In this document: positions 23,911 through 37,178 of the stretch, in pieces
Position numbering within the stretch: the first letter of the stretch is position 1
Layout of the letters: the number at the start of each line of letters is the position of its first letter
Assembly: GCA_965113315.1 (NCBI GenBank)
Contig: OZ220370.1
From: Podarcis vaucheri
Lineage: Eukaryota
Reading direction: 5' to 3' (one strand)
DNA length: 64,000 bases
Position numbers and translations under genes: made by a program
The notes under the pieces: generated by a model
Databases searched by the model: none
What the model was told of the DNA's origin: nothing
Seen by the model: the letters and a program-made list of their open reading frames with translations, nothing else

Positions 23911-25218
23911 CAGTACTTGAGATGGCAAAGGGGTCCCTTTTCCTAGAATGAATGTCAAAGCCCAAAGAGCTTCATGGCTACTAAATGGAGACTATCTTGC
24001 CTCATAACTCTCAGATAAGTGCCATGGACCAACACTGAGAACTTTACAATATTTGGTGAACCATCTTTCCCTGCACTCTTCCTTTGACATAGAATTTCAA
24101 ATCCTACCTGTTGTCTTTTTTACTGATAAGTACCAAATGCCTGTCTCATCTGCAAACTCACTCTTGAAAAAGACACACAACAACTCTGAGTCAATGCCTG
24201 TTGTGTCTGTATAAAAGTTTTAAATAAGGTCTTGGACAATTCACCGCTTCTGACCTGCTGCCCACTTTTAGGATATTTTTCTAGTTCTGAATTGCTCGAG
24301 GTAGTAGGCCTCCTCAGTGAATTCTTGTTGCCTGAGGCAATGTTGAAAATGTAGCTTTCTGTGAGTGGTTGGTGTTTTTTTCTTTTCTTTTGAAATAAAC
24401 ACTTAATGGCTATTTAGGTAGAATTACGTGGAATATGAGGGTTCCTTCACACCTATATTTTTTCTGTGTTGATATTTTAGCAAGAAGTGTGAATTTAGAA
24501 ACAGGTGAACGAAAAAACCATTTCTGAATATTTAAACAGCGATAGTATTTATGGAGAGAGGCAATTGCCTGAGATATATCTTTTGTGTAAAGTACTCACC
24601 ATATTTTGGTGATTGTAGGTTGTTTTAAATGAGTTATTATTGATAACAATGAATGGTTATTGATTATTGATAACAATAATTAGTAGTTGTTGTTTGACTA
24701 CAACTCCCATCAGGCCTTGCTATCTGGTTCTGATGGGAATTGAGACCTCTGGGTATAGGGCGGTATATAAATTAAATAAATAATAAAAAACATGTGAAGC
24801 ACACGTAGATAATGAGTGTCAGTTCCCTAAGGCTTCAGATAATGCTCTTTCCACCTGAGGTGCTGAGAAGTGGGCTTTGGATCCTTCTGCATGTGTTCTG
24901 CTGGTGAGTTAGGGCTCTGGCACCTTCAGTTAAAAAGATTAAGGTAATTTAAGAGATCTTGCCTCTTTGTCAGTGATCTTGCAGGTTCAGAGTAGACACT
25001 GTTTGGTTATACAGACAAATAGTCTGGTAGAAGGCAGCTTCCTTTGTCCATACTGAGTTTAATAAAATACCCTTAATTATGCTGCGGTCATAATAAGCCC
25101 CTTGATTCCTAACTTGTTTTCCACTAGTGACACAGTTGATGTCTGAGACTTGAAAGAGCTATTTTTAAAAACCATTTATATCTGTGACTTCTTTGTGGTT
25201 GCCTATGGCCCATAACAG

Positions 25219-25575
25219 GGGATGCGGGTGGCGCTATGGGTAAAACCTCAGTGCCTAGGACTTGCCGATCGCATGGTTGGCGGTTCGAATCCCCGCGGCG
25301 GGGTGCACTCCCGTCGTTCGATCCCAGCGCCTGCCAACCTAGCAGTTCGAAAGCACCCCCGGGTGCAAGTAGATAAATAGGGACCGCTTACCAGCGGGAA
25401 GGTAAATGGCGTTCCGTGTGCTGCGCTGGCTCGCCAGATGCAGCTTGTCACGCTGGCCACGTGACCCGGAAGTGTCTGTGGACAGCGCTGGCTCCTGGCC
25501 TATAGAGTGAGATGAGCGCACAACCCTAGGGTCTGGCAAGACTGGCCCGTACGGGCAGGGGTACCTTTACCTTTA
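25219..25575 (+). mobile_element. Sauria SINE, full length with perfect 17-bp TSD
   Basis: TSD cctatggcccataacag at 25202-25218 and 25576-25592; (ACCTTT)n tail; CpGs retained. Confidence 0.93.
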
Positions 25576-28500
25576 CCTATGGCCCATAACAGTGAAAAAA
25601 GCAATGGTGCCAGGATAGGATCTTAATGCTGAGCTGAGACCTCTGTGCTAAGTGTCAACAGCTACACACAAGGGCTCAGTGTTACATCAGGTGTTTCCCC
25701 TCCTCTCAAGTTGCATAGTTTTGTTAGATTTGGTCCAACTTGACCAAGGATGTTTCCAAAATGTCACTATTGTGCAGGTGTGATTCTGTCAAATAGGGGC
25801 AAGTTCAGGTTGTGCAATTGCCCAATGACACTGCTTCCAAAAACCAAAGCTGGACTTTTTGTGGGAAGGAAAGCGAACTGAAAATTGTGGGATAATAATT
25901 GCTTGGCATAGCGTTGTATAACCTCCCTACAAACAAATTGGCACAGATGTTCCATAAGCAGCCAACATCGTATAACCTCCCCACAAGCTTTGTGCAAACA
26001 AATCAGGACAAATGCTTAATAAAGGAGTCTACTAGAAATGACCACCAGCAGTTTGTCTGATCTGGGCTGATTATTGCTATGCTTGGCAGCACTGTCTCGC
26101 ACGTAAGACCAGGCCCACACAGCAGACTGTCATATGCAAAACAGCACATGTGGTCCACACACCTAGAGACTCCCCCCAGATTAGTATTCCCCAATGCAAT
26201 GTGGCTTTCAAAAGACGTGACCAACTTGCTGCGGTAATACGGACACTTTGGTTGAGGTGTTTTAGTCTGTTGCCAAGTTTAAAGAGTTAACGAAACCAGA
26301 ACTGCTTTCTGCAAGCCATTTTGTCAGCATATTAATTGCATCCAGGCTTCCCGAATACTTTCGCGGTGCAATAGTTCTTGTAAGTTAGTTGGCAAATATA
26401 TCAAGGGACTCCAAATTATATCACAAAAATGTATCAAATTAGCTAAGAACTATAACCAGATCTTTCCAAAGGAAAGCAGATGAAAAGATGCATAGGAACA
26501 TCAGGACGAGTGCAGGGAAGGACTTAAATATGCTCTGTAATCAGATTTTCAAAAAATCTACTTTTAATCCCACAGAAAGCATGTTGATTGTAACTAAGCA
26601 ACCTTTAAGTGCCATGTGTCTTGAGTTCCTGTTTGCCCGTCATCCAGTGGGAGTTAAGAGCAATTGTCAAACGAATGCAGAGTCTGTAGAGCTGAATTTT
26701 CTTTATAAATTATATGTGTTCATAGTGATTTGGGGGCATAAGGGGGCACAGGGGTGTGGGGACAGGAAGCATAAGAGCCCCTGGCTTCCTGTTCGCTGCA
26801 GTTTTCTGCCCGCAGACTAACATCTGCAGATGCTTTGATAATTCTTCGTTGTGATTCTGTCAAGGTAATTTGATTTTGCTTGCAACTCACATTGGAAGGA
26901 TTTGTCTCCTTAAGAGGCGGGATATAAATAATTATAATAGATATTTCTTGTTCGTAGCATTGGATGTGAACTCAAAGGCTCAGAGAAACTGTGAAGGAGC
27001 GACAGGTTGTTGGATAAGAAACAAGATGGTAGACCAAGATTGGCCAGTGGTCTGAACAAGCAGGGCTCTTCTTATCTTACCATCTTCTTCTTTAAAAAAA
27101 AGAACTCTGCCTCTCCACCTCTTTCCAGGCCATGGGCCACTGGGCAAAGACATCCCTCATGCAGAACAAGGCTTTACAAAGGTTGGATAAATGAGTGAAC
27201 TGAATGAAAATAACAAGGGTTTTTCCCCCAGCTGGAACTCACCAGAACTCCGTTTCGGCACTTCTCAGGTGGGCACTGAGACACAACATGGGGGGTGCTG
27301 GGGGAGAGGCATTGCTCCAGGTGCACAATTTTTAAGGGGGTGTGAACCAGGCATGCCCACGCAGGTGGCCCCAATGTGGCCCTACCTACCTGCCAGGGGC
27401 CATTGTCAGCCGACCAGGCTCCTGACCCCCTGAGGCTAGAGGGCAAGCGGTTCAGCGCAGCCCTGCTCTGCTCCAGTGGGAGTGGGGTCACTCTGACAGT
27501 GGCGGCGAGGGCTGGGCTGGCACACCCTGCCTGACATGCACTCACCCCGGGCACTGGCAACCACCGCTACACCACTAGCATTGCAATTATAACACAACAT
27601 GGGAGGTGTTCGTGGTGAGTTCTGGCACCTCTTTTTCTAGAAAAATAGCACTGAACATAACCATGCCCCATCCCCCCAATTGCATAGTGAGATCCAAAGC
27701 AGAAAGAAATTGAGCCACATATTCCTTTGCCAAGACGTGGGCCCCTCTTACTTAGAAGTCACCCATGGAAACCCATTGCTCAAAGACGTCTACATGCAGA
27801 TTCTCGCATCTTGGCATCCGTTGAGGAATCTACAAGTTTTGGAGGCTGTTGCTTCCCAGTGCAGATGGTTTGTCTATGTCTGCTAGGGAATATGCAAATT
27901 ACTTATTTATGGTTGCAGAAGGCTATAAAAATGTGTGGATTTTTAAATTCCCAAAGGTCAGGAATGCCTTCTTTTTACAAGATAGATTTGATACAACCCT
28001 GCTATTAGGAAAACAGATGTTTGTTGTTGTTGTTTTTTATTTCGAAGGGGAATTTTAATTGTGTGCTATATTTTATCTTGTAAAAATATCTCCATTTGGT
28101 TCCTTTTTTATTATTATTAACAGAATGTATCATTACTGCCTGTGGTGACATTGTTGGAATAATATTGTAGATGGAGCAAACAGACAAACAGATCACATCA
28201 GAGCCACTTTTATTAGCTGGAGCAGCCAGGGAAAAAAGCTGCGCTGTAGCCTCGGCCATAAATTTTAAAGCAAGAGCATTAAAATACTTGCTTGTCCCAG
28301 TTGTGCCTCAGGACTCTGGAGGAGGGCAATTTTAGCATATGTAGATAGATCTGTTTTGGAAATGAGGCAATGAAATGCAGCTAAGAGCTTTTATAAGCAG
28401 TGAAGGTTATACGTATTCTACCAGCTGTCCCCTGTTCCCTGTTCTAAGGATGGTGGAGAGTCCTACATATGCTTGGAGTTCTTCATTTGGGATTTTCAGC

Positions 28501-28606
28501 AGCCTGGATGCAAGCATTGCTGGAGTCCCAACAAGTCCCTGGCAACTCAAATGACACTATTCTTAAAGCCAGTTCCTAAACATGGCACTTGAGCTTGACA
28601 AGATTT

Positions 28607-28863
28607 GCCAGTGTGGTGTAGTGGTTAAGAGCGGTAGACTTGTAATCTGGTGAACCGGGTTCGCGTCCCCGCTCCTCCACATGCAGCTGCTGGGTGACCT
28701 TGGGCTAGTCACACTTCTCTGAAGTCTCTCAGCCCCACTCACCTCACAGAGTATTTGTTGTGGGGGAGGAAGGGAAAGGAGATTGTTAGCCACTTTGAAA
28801 CTTCTTCAGGTAGTGATAAAGCGGGATATCAAATCCAAACTCCTCCTCCTCCTCTTCTTCTTC
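28607..28863 (+). mobile_element. Squam3B-type SINE
   Basis: Near-identical to 23660-23910; (CCT)n(CTT)n tail. Confidence 0.85.
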
Positions 28864-30560
28864 AAGTGCACACAACTGCCACAAGATTTTCCCACAGTGC
28901 TGAAATTGCTTCAGGTGCATACTCTCAAGAGCCCCGGGAGAATTGGACAAACAGTGTGCTTGGGTGGTCATGGGCATCATGCTCAGTGTTCTTTAGGTGG
29001 TTGAGAGAAGCAGTTACTCATATTCCCCTGTCTCAAAAAACTCTTGTCAACTTTAGTGAGTGCATGGGCCTGATTTTGGGATACACACAGCCTTCAGGGA
29101 ATCCAAGCATGGATTCTAAATGTTTGTTTTCGACGGAAGTTCAACAGAAAAGGTGACCTTCACTTTCATCTGGCAAACATTTCTCCAGCATCCCCCTTCC
29201 TCATGCTGAGAACAACGATTTACCACAGCCAGTAGAAGCTCAACCTGTCTCGCAGTTATGCTTCAACATGGTCATCTTCAGATCTCTCACCACGCGGGGG
29301 TCTAAGTGAAAGGAAACACCAGTAACCTCACAAAATGTCAGCAAAAATACATTCTAGTAACTTTATTCCTCAAACGATCTGGCCTGAAACGGACTTCTGG
29401 CACACTCTTACTGATTAGCTTATGTTTCTAAAAATAAAATATTTAAGTACGAGTAAATTTTTGGCCTCGCACCAGAAACAAAATACAGGCTAGATTAGCA
29501 TAGCAGCTTATTTAACCATATCACGTTGCAAAGTGTAGGATGTTAACCCTCCCTCCCCCCAACCTTATTTACCACGTACGTTCTTAGGCTCTGGAATGGT
29601 GACATGGGGGGAAAGAGGGAATTTTTCTCCCACTTGGGAAACGAGAGAACTTAATAAATGGGAAATGCAGAATCTGTTTGCTTTTGGCATCGTGTGAACC
29701 CATTTTGTTTTCGTTGCAGGGGCAAAAACTAGGCTAAAGACCGCAGGGCTCTTTGGAGAGTACAATAAATGGCACACCAGCAAATGGAGTAGAAAAGAAT
29801 GCCAAGGTTGTCACTCCCCATCAGTGGTTTGGATGGATTTCCTCCTCGGAGAAACATTTAGAGCGCTTGGGGCTAAATTGTGCGCAGGCAACAGGTGGTT
29901 TGCTTTACCAAAGGGCATGTGTAATGCTTAAGTGAACGAGAGCCAAGTTCCAGCAGATGTGCTAGAGCTCACTCTGTTTGGTGGAAGGATATTTTTCATG
30001 TTATGTGTGGAAAAGAGCAGTAACCCTGGTTCACTGGAAGAGGTTTTGGTCGCAAAATAGCCATTAGCAAATGAGTCATCCCAATCGCAGAGCAAATCGC
30101 TGTAGGCTTCTCAAGGAACACATGCGAAGCTGGACAGCAGAGGAAAGGCCTGCTGGGAATTCGGTCAAAGTAAGCATTTTAGCCAGGATATTGCCGTTCT
30201 GCTAATTCAAATGATTTGCAATGTAATCCTGGACGCATTACATTAAGAACAGCAAAGAGTCCTGTGGCACCTTAAAGACTAACAAAAGTGCCTTTGATGT
30301 TCTGAAAAAAAAAATATTTCTTAGATGTGTACTTAGGACCAGGGACCAAAGCTCACCTGCCTGCTCTCATTCCTAAGCAGCTGCTTGGTGCTATTGCCGA
30401 TTTTCTGCTAGGAATGTGTGAATGCAGCCCTGGGATCAGTTGCAAGAGCCATGTGGGCTGGGCTTTCTGAGTGATGCTCTTCATCCAGTGTGAGCTGCAC
30501 ATGCAATTTCCCCCCTCTTTTATGCACATGTGCACCGTAGGCAGAGGAATGCAAGCAGGT

Positions 30561-30931
30561 TTATAATAATAATTTATTATTTGTACCCCGCCCATCTGAC
30601 TGGGTTTCCCAAGCCACTCTGGGCGGCTTCCACAAAGACCAAAAATACACTAAGGTGTCACACATTAAAAACTTCCCTGAACAGGGCTGCCTTAAGGTGT
30701 CTCCTGAATGTCAGGTAGTTGTTTATCTCTTTGACATCTGATGGGAGGGCGTTCCACAGGGAGGGCACCACTACCAAGAAGGCCCTCTGCCTGGTTCCCT
30801 GTAGCTTTGCTTCTCGCAATGAGGGAACCGCCAGAAGGCCCTCGGCGCTGGACCTCAGCGTCCGGGCAGAATGATGGGGGTGGAGACGCTCCTTCAGGTA
30901 TCCAGGACCGAGGCCGTTTAGGGCTTTAAAG
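30561..30931 (-). mobile_element. L2-clade LINE 3' fragment
   Basis: Minus-strand KALNGLGPGYLKERL...RTLRS...RAF....PSLWNALP...FRRHLK..LF is the typical L2 ORF2 C-terminus; (TTA)n tail. Confidence 0.85.
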
Positions 30932-31458
30932 GTTCTTGGATTCCTGTTGCATGCACTAAGCATGGGTTGTAGCCAGCTATGTTTTGCTTCGAGCAGACCC
31001 ATTGAAATTAATGGACCTAAGTTAGTCATGTTTATTCATGTCAATGGGTTTACATTGAACAGGGCTAGAACTGGATACAACCCCATGGGCGGAAGTCAAC
31101 ATTGCGCTATTGCAGTCATTCTGTCAATGCAAGCATTTGTCCTCCCCCATGTGCTATTCTGGGGAGAAGTCCCATTGCGCCAGTGTGGCTCATTGACCTG
31201 GCTACCATAGGCCCAACTGTTTCGTTGAATATGCCCCATGTGTCTAGAAAACATCAATAATATAGGATGCCATTCTCATGTATCCTCCGGTTTGCTCTTC
31301 CTGTGCCCAGTTCTTGTTCAGTATGTGGAGCTTCTTCCAGGATGGGGACTGCTGGTGTTGGGGCCAGTAGGATGACATGAAACTCCCCTAAATCTCTTGT
31401 GTAAAATAGCTCATTGTATGGCAGCACACACTCTAGATTCATTAATATTATGTTAGAG

Positions 31459-31582
31459 CAGCGGTTCTCAGCCTGTGGTCCCCAGATGTTGTTCATCATC
31501 CCTGAGCTCTGGCCTTGCTAGCTAAGGGTGATGGGAGTTGTAGTCCAACAACATCTGGGGACCCACAGGTTGAGAACCAATG
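31459..31582. mobile_element. Palindromic hAT MITE (family of 11192-11329, internal deletion)
   Basis: 8-bp TSD tgttagag (31451-58, 31583-90). Confidence 0.87.
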
Positions 31583-32059
31583 TGTTAGAGGGAGCTGCAG
31601 GGTGATCAGGGTGCTGACTTTTTAAGAGCCAACATGGTTGTGGATTGAATGGTGGATTTACAATGCTGCCAGTACATGGTGGTTCTTTTTGAGATGTTTC
31701 CACATCTAAGTTCCAGGTCCCTCTTTATGATGGTGATGATTACAGAATTAATTAAATGTACCGTTCACCTAACGTCAAACAACTAAATGAATTACACATT
31801 TAAGCAGCTCCACTAAAACTATATTTCTCCAGCTAAAAACATGAAGCATCAATGCATCAAATTTAGAAGGGTAAAATATTAGCTTTGAGCACATTAATAT
31901 TTGTGCACATTAGCTTTGAGCAATCTCTGGGAAAGGGCAGCACCCAGATATGCCTCTGTAAGTGGCAGCAGGCTATGTGCACTGGTGCTATGTCTGAAGG
32001 AGTAAATGTCAGAATAAAAGAGATGAGTACCTTTCCCTTTTGTCAGTCTGTTTGTGATC

Positions 32060-32385
32060 TAAACCACAGAGCCCAGGGCTTGCTGATCAGAAGGTCAGCG
32101 GTTCGAATCCCCGCAACAGGATGAGCTCCAGTTGCTCGGTCCCAGCTCCTGCCAACCTAGCAGTTCGAAAGCATGTCAAAGTGCAAGTAGATAAACAGGT
32201 GGGAAGGTAGACGGTGTTTCCGTGCGCTGCTCTGGTTTGCCAGAAGCGGCTTAGTCATGCTGGCCACATGACCCAGAAGCTGTCTGCGGACAAACGCTGG
32301 CTCCCTCGGCCTATAGAATGAGATGAGCACTGCAACCCCAGAGTCGTCTGCAACTGGACCTAATGGTCAGGGGTACCTTTACCTT
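32060..32385 (+). mobile_element. Sauria SINE, slightly 5'-truncated
   Basis: Aligns to the other copies; ends gggtacctttacctt. Confidence 0.88.
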
Positions 32386-32911
32386 CATGTCCCTCCTAGG
32401 GACACCAGCTCCAGGGGCCCAAGCCCTTTTGACCCCCTATGCTTTTGGGGCTGGTGCTTGGCATGTCCAAAAAGCATGGAGGCTCCTTCACCTCCTTCTG
32501 CCGCAGAGGGGGAGGAGAATTGAAATAGCCGCCTGCCAGTGGCACTGCCACCGGCCATTGAAGCCGAGCAGCCGCTGCGTTCAGCTCCACCACTGGCTCC
32601 TTCCAGTCTCCTGATGTCACACCCGCAATGTCGGTCCACCCCATCACCTGCCTAAGCTGGTGCCTCTGGTCCCTCCCCACCACTTTACTCAGGGGAGATC
32701 AGCAGCAACCAAAAAGTGAGGCGAAGGGCAATCAGCACAAGGCATTTTGGCATATTAAAAGGTTGCCACTTTTTCTTCTCTTGTGCCTTTTTATAGTAGC
32801 TGTAACCTGCAGCCCACTAGCAGGTGATAATCCATGTCTCCATGCCATGCAAAGCTGCACCTACTGATTCCTGCAGCTTAAGCTTCTGTGAAAGGCACAG
32901 GCACAACTAAG

Positions 32912-32913
<2 letters not shown>

Positions 32914-32951
<38 letters not shown>
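32914..32951. repeat. (CA)n microsatellite
   Basis: Read directly. Confidence 0.95.
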
Positions 32952-32954
<3 letters not shown>

Positions 32955-33332
32955 ACAAGCCTGTAGTACTGTGCCAACACAAGGGTGAGCCAGTGCTAGT
33001 AAGGTTGCAGTAATTCTTTTGGAGGCTGCAGCAACAGAGCAGAATCAGACGATAAGCTTCAGCCATCACACTAGAAGAGGGAGAATTTTTGACTCACAGC
33101 GCTTCACTATAATGACAGGTTATATTCAATATGTAGGAAACAAACAATGACCTCGTTTGACCATGAAATCAGGAGGGTGCTAAAAGGTGCAGGCAGTTTT
33201 CCAGCAAGGAAGCCACAGAGAAAGTGACGGAGCAGTTGGCGTGATGCCGAATGCAGTTAGTCGCTACCATTCTGATGTTCTGTGTGAAGTGGAACATGGC
33301 CTTTGCTTCAGCGATGAAGTCAAGGCCTAGAT

Positions 33333-33539
33333 CTGAGCTTCCCAAACTTTTCATGTGGGTGACACACTTTTTAGACATGCATCATTTCACAACACAGTAA
33401 TTCAGTTTTACTAGCAACCCGGAGGTTAAACCTAACCCTTTTCTAGCCCCGGGATGAGTGTGGGCAGCATTTGTGCGACACACCTACACACTGCAGCCGA
33501 CACACTAACGTGTCGTGACACACAGTTTGGAAAGCTCTG
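33333..33539. mobile_element. hAT non-autonomous element
   Basis: Termini ctgagcttcccaaac / gtttggaaagctctg; 8-bp TSD gcctagat / acctagat. Confidence 0.75.
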
Positions 33540-35102
33540 ACCTAGATTCTAAGTGAACATGTTGATTTCAACCTTCAACATCCTTGCATGCACTTGCCAA
33601 TCCTGCAGTTACAAGTTCTGCTGCTCCTGGAGCAAACCTCATCTGCCCTAGACAAATCTGCTTGTGTCTGCCTTTACAACATTTGTCCACTACAGCAATA
33701 GCACGGCAATTTGCAATTGTTCTGATAGCTGATACCCATAGGCACATATTCAGAACGGAAAACTTGGCACTAAGAACAGCACATTTCTTTGAACGGCTCA
33801 GCATGCCCAGAAGTATGCTTAAACTCTTGTCTCTTTAATATAGCAAGCTAAAAAAATGATGGTGGATGAGAAACACTACTGCCATATGAACAACGCTGGC
33901 AGGCAGTAAATGCATCACAGTCATTCTGAATTTTAGTTAGCATCTGAAGCACAGATGAGCTGTATTCTATGTGAAAAATATATCAAGCATCTTAAACGGA
34001 ATTGCCAGGTTTCCATCCCATTATCTTCCTTGTATATAGTATTGTCTTGGGCTGCCTATGGGGGAAATCCTGGAAAGTTAGCAATTCCATTTATGGCAAC
34101 CAAGGTAAATCTCCACAACCAGCACCTAGTGGTAATGTGTGTGTGATGGTCCCACCCTGTTCGTACACCATCAAAATTGATGCTGTTGGCTCTAATAATG
34201 CAAGGGTGGCTTGTTGTGACATAGTGCAGATGCCTCCACTTATCTCCCCGACCTCATGTGCCGGTCAGTAGGAAATCCTTAGGCAAAGCTGCCCACCACA
34301 CAGGAAACATCTCCAGCCAATGAGTTTGGAAAAGGTTACTAATGATAGAGGTTTTTAAAAAATAAAAATCCTATTGCTTTCGACACATGGCTTTGAATCC
34401 AAACTTGGACATGTAGAAACTGTGATTGGAAGGGAAATAGTGCAGTTCTGCAAATGCTTAAGGGTTTGCGGAGTACTATAATTGGTAGGTCCTACAGCAG
34501 TTCTCAAGAGCCTTCGTGTCTTCTTTCATAAGCAGAACAACAATTTTGGATTTACATAGCTTGCCTTTTCCAGATCATCCAAGATGTGAAGCCTTGCTTG
34601 GGCAATGCGAGTCCTGGATCCAGGAGGAATAATTATTCCAGATGACTTAACACTGAGTGTGAGGATATGCTCTTCGTAGGATGGCTTATGTGTCTTACTT
34701 TACAGAGAATACACCTCTTCTTCAAAGGCTGGAGGTGACCTGCCACCCTCTAGGTGCTGCGTCTGAAGATGGGTTACAAGCCAAGCCTCTGTCTGAAGGC
34801 CTGGCTGGTCCAAGTCTGGCTTAAAGACAACCATGAAAAGGGACAACAGGGTCCTCTAAGCCCATCAACAATTAGCAGTATGGACAGCAGCCTGAGCAGG
34901 CAGACAAGTCACATTGTGACAGTCTTCCCCAGTATGGCAAGATGTATTATATTTCTATTTAAATTACAGCAATTATTTCTAAATTTGCATCTAAACATAG
35001 AATTAGCATATGCCCTTTTAATGAAAATCTGTGTCCTCTTGTCCTTTCTGTGATGCATTTTTTTTGGGGGGGTTAATGTGTGATGTGTCAGTGGCCACCA
35101 TA

Positions 35103-35360
35103 AAAAGGTAAAGGGGCCCCTGACCATTAGGTCCAGTCGTGGCCGACTCTGGGGTTGCGGCGCTCATCTCGCTTTATTGGCTGAGAGAGCCGGCGTTTGT
35201 CCACAGACAGCTTCCGGGTCATGTGGCCAGCATGACTAAGCCGCTTCTGGCGAACCAGAGCAGCGCACGGAAACGCCATTTACCTTCCTGCCGGACCGGT
35301 ACCTATTTATCTACTTGCACTTTGACGTGCTTTCGAACTGCTAGGTTGGCAGGAGCAGGG
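35103..35360 (-). mobile_element. Sauria SINE, 5'-truncated, about 400 nt downstream of the NIPAL2 stop
   Basis: Matches the 3' 260 nt of the other copies. Confidence 0.88.
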
Positions 35361-35763
35361 TCAGGCGCAATTCTGATTTGCTGCCCTCACGTTGTTCCAC
35401 TCAAATGGAAATCAAGGAGACTGTTTGCACAATTGTGTGTTTATCTCATCCCCACCCGCCCCGAGCCACTTTGGCTACAGGAAAGCAAGGAAGAACCACA
35501 GCAGAAGGAAAACACCCTGGGTCCATTTAATGACTGCTTGCTTGCTTGCTGCTTCTTCTTTTTCAGGCACAATAGCTGGCTTAAACCGCAATGCATTTGT
35601 GATAGCCAGGGGATCCTCAAAGAGGATTAAATAACCATAAGAACTGTCAGGATAAAATAACTTGACACGTAATGAACAAGTGTGATAAAAGGGTGGTGTT
35701 GAATACGGAGCCAATAAATGGAAAGCTTCTCTTGTTAACTGGAATTTAAAACGCTCTATTCTC

Positions 35764-35858
35764 TTAGCTTTGAGTCTTTACAGAGTCACCTTCATTACAT
35801 AAAGAGCCGTAGGATAAGCTGGTTGAATCTGGCTGTATTTTACTCCTCATCTCCTTTC
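35764..35858 (-). CDS. NIPAL2: NIPAL2 terminal coding exon (GKEMRSKIQPDSTSLSYGSLCNEGDSVKTQS*)
   Basis: cttttaatcccacag acceptor, stop TAA at 35766-35764. Confidence 0.9.
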
Positions 35859-37134
35859 CTGTGGGATTAAAAGAAGAAGTTTTTTTAAAAAGGGACCCGG
35901 AGCAACAATGATAAATCAAATCTAACAAGTTTAATTATGTTCCTCTTAAAAGGCTTCTCACTGCAGGCTTCATTTTGTTTTGCTATGATAGACTGTGGCA
36001 ATGGGATGGAAGTCATTCGGAGGTTTTTAAAAAAGAAAAACCTACTGGAAATGGGATGAGAAATTAAGGGGAAGCAATTTTTATTAAACATGATTGGAAG
36101 AGCTATCTGATGTGGGTTTGGTTTTTCCCCCTTTGACCATTCTGCTCATGGATGCTTTTCAGCTGTGTGGATAGGGATGACAGGCAAAATATTTCCAGGA
36201 TAAAACTTACCAGGAATGTGTCCATAGTCGATATAAAAACTTTTCAAACATTCCTTGCCTTTTTTCCGTGTGAGTATAAACACCCCAACAAACGACAGAA
36301 AACACCTGTGGAAGCATTGTCAAAGTCATGAAGTCAGGCGACACCATGGCTTGCATACCAAAAGACAGTGCCCAAGGTAACCACAGTATAATTATGGGCC
36401 CTGCTGGCAAGGAAAGCCAAATTGCTTCAGTAAGGTCTGGAGATTTAGGCCACATGGAAGGAGCCTGTGACACAACTCTTCCCACGAGGCTGAGAAGAGT
36501 GTCCAAATGGTGGGGAGGGACGGAGGGAGGGAATAAGCTTGCTGATTAATGAAATCTACACACCCGCTATTCTCTTCCATTTTAGCCTCATAACCTTCTA
36601 AAACCAGAAACTAGGGGGTCTGTCATAAAAGGTAAGGGTGCCAGGCCTGCTCTGGTAACTAAAGTCCAAGCATTTATTGTATTACTCCAGCAGTGAACAC
36701 AGGAACAGCTTGCGGGATCTAGTCCAGTATCCTGTTCTCAGGGTGGCCAAACAGTTGCCTGTGGGATCTGCCCTCAAGCAGGATCCGAACTTGTTTGAAC
36801 CTCTTTTAAACGCACCCAATTGGTATGTGAAGCAGCTGGCCTATAGTAAGCCTGCAACATACGCCAGGGTTGCATTCCAGGGATTGTGCCTAAAGCCAAA
36901 ATTGTGCCCAGCGCTCACTTTTATGGTGAAATGCCATTGATACAGCCACTGTCTGGTGCTGTGATAGTTTCACATCTGGAGATCTTGAGTGTGGTGCTTG
37001 ATGTTGAAAGCACAGCCTTCAGGCTGTGTTATCCCACGCCACTGATGCATGTGTATGTGAGAAGTGAGGGGATATGTGGGAGAATAAATAGCACATGTCC
37101 TGTCTAAGGATGGACAAATCAGTCATTTTTTGTT

Positions 37135-37178
<44 letters not shown>

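Noticed and set aside
35139-35630. 163-aa ORF and similar ORFs at 3467 and 60610 that look like a small gene family
   Set aside because: All are antisense translations of Sauria SINE copies.
18000-35700. Hidden third gene between POP1 and NIPAL2
   Set aside because: I found no phase-consistent exon chain or recognisable non-TE protein; a lncRNA cannot be excluded from sequence alone.
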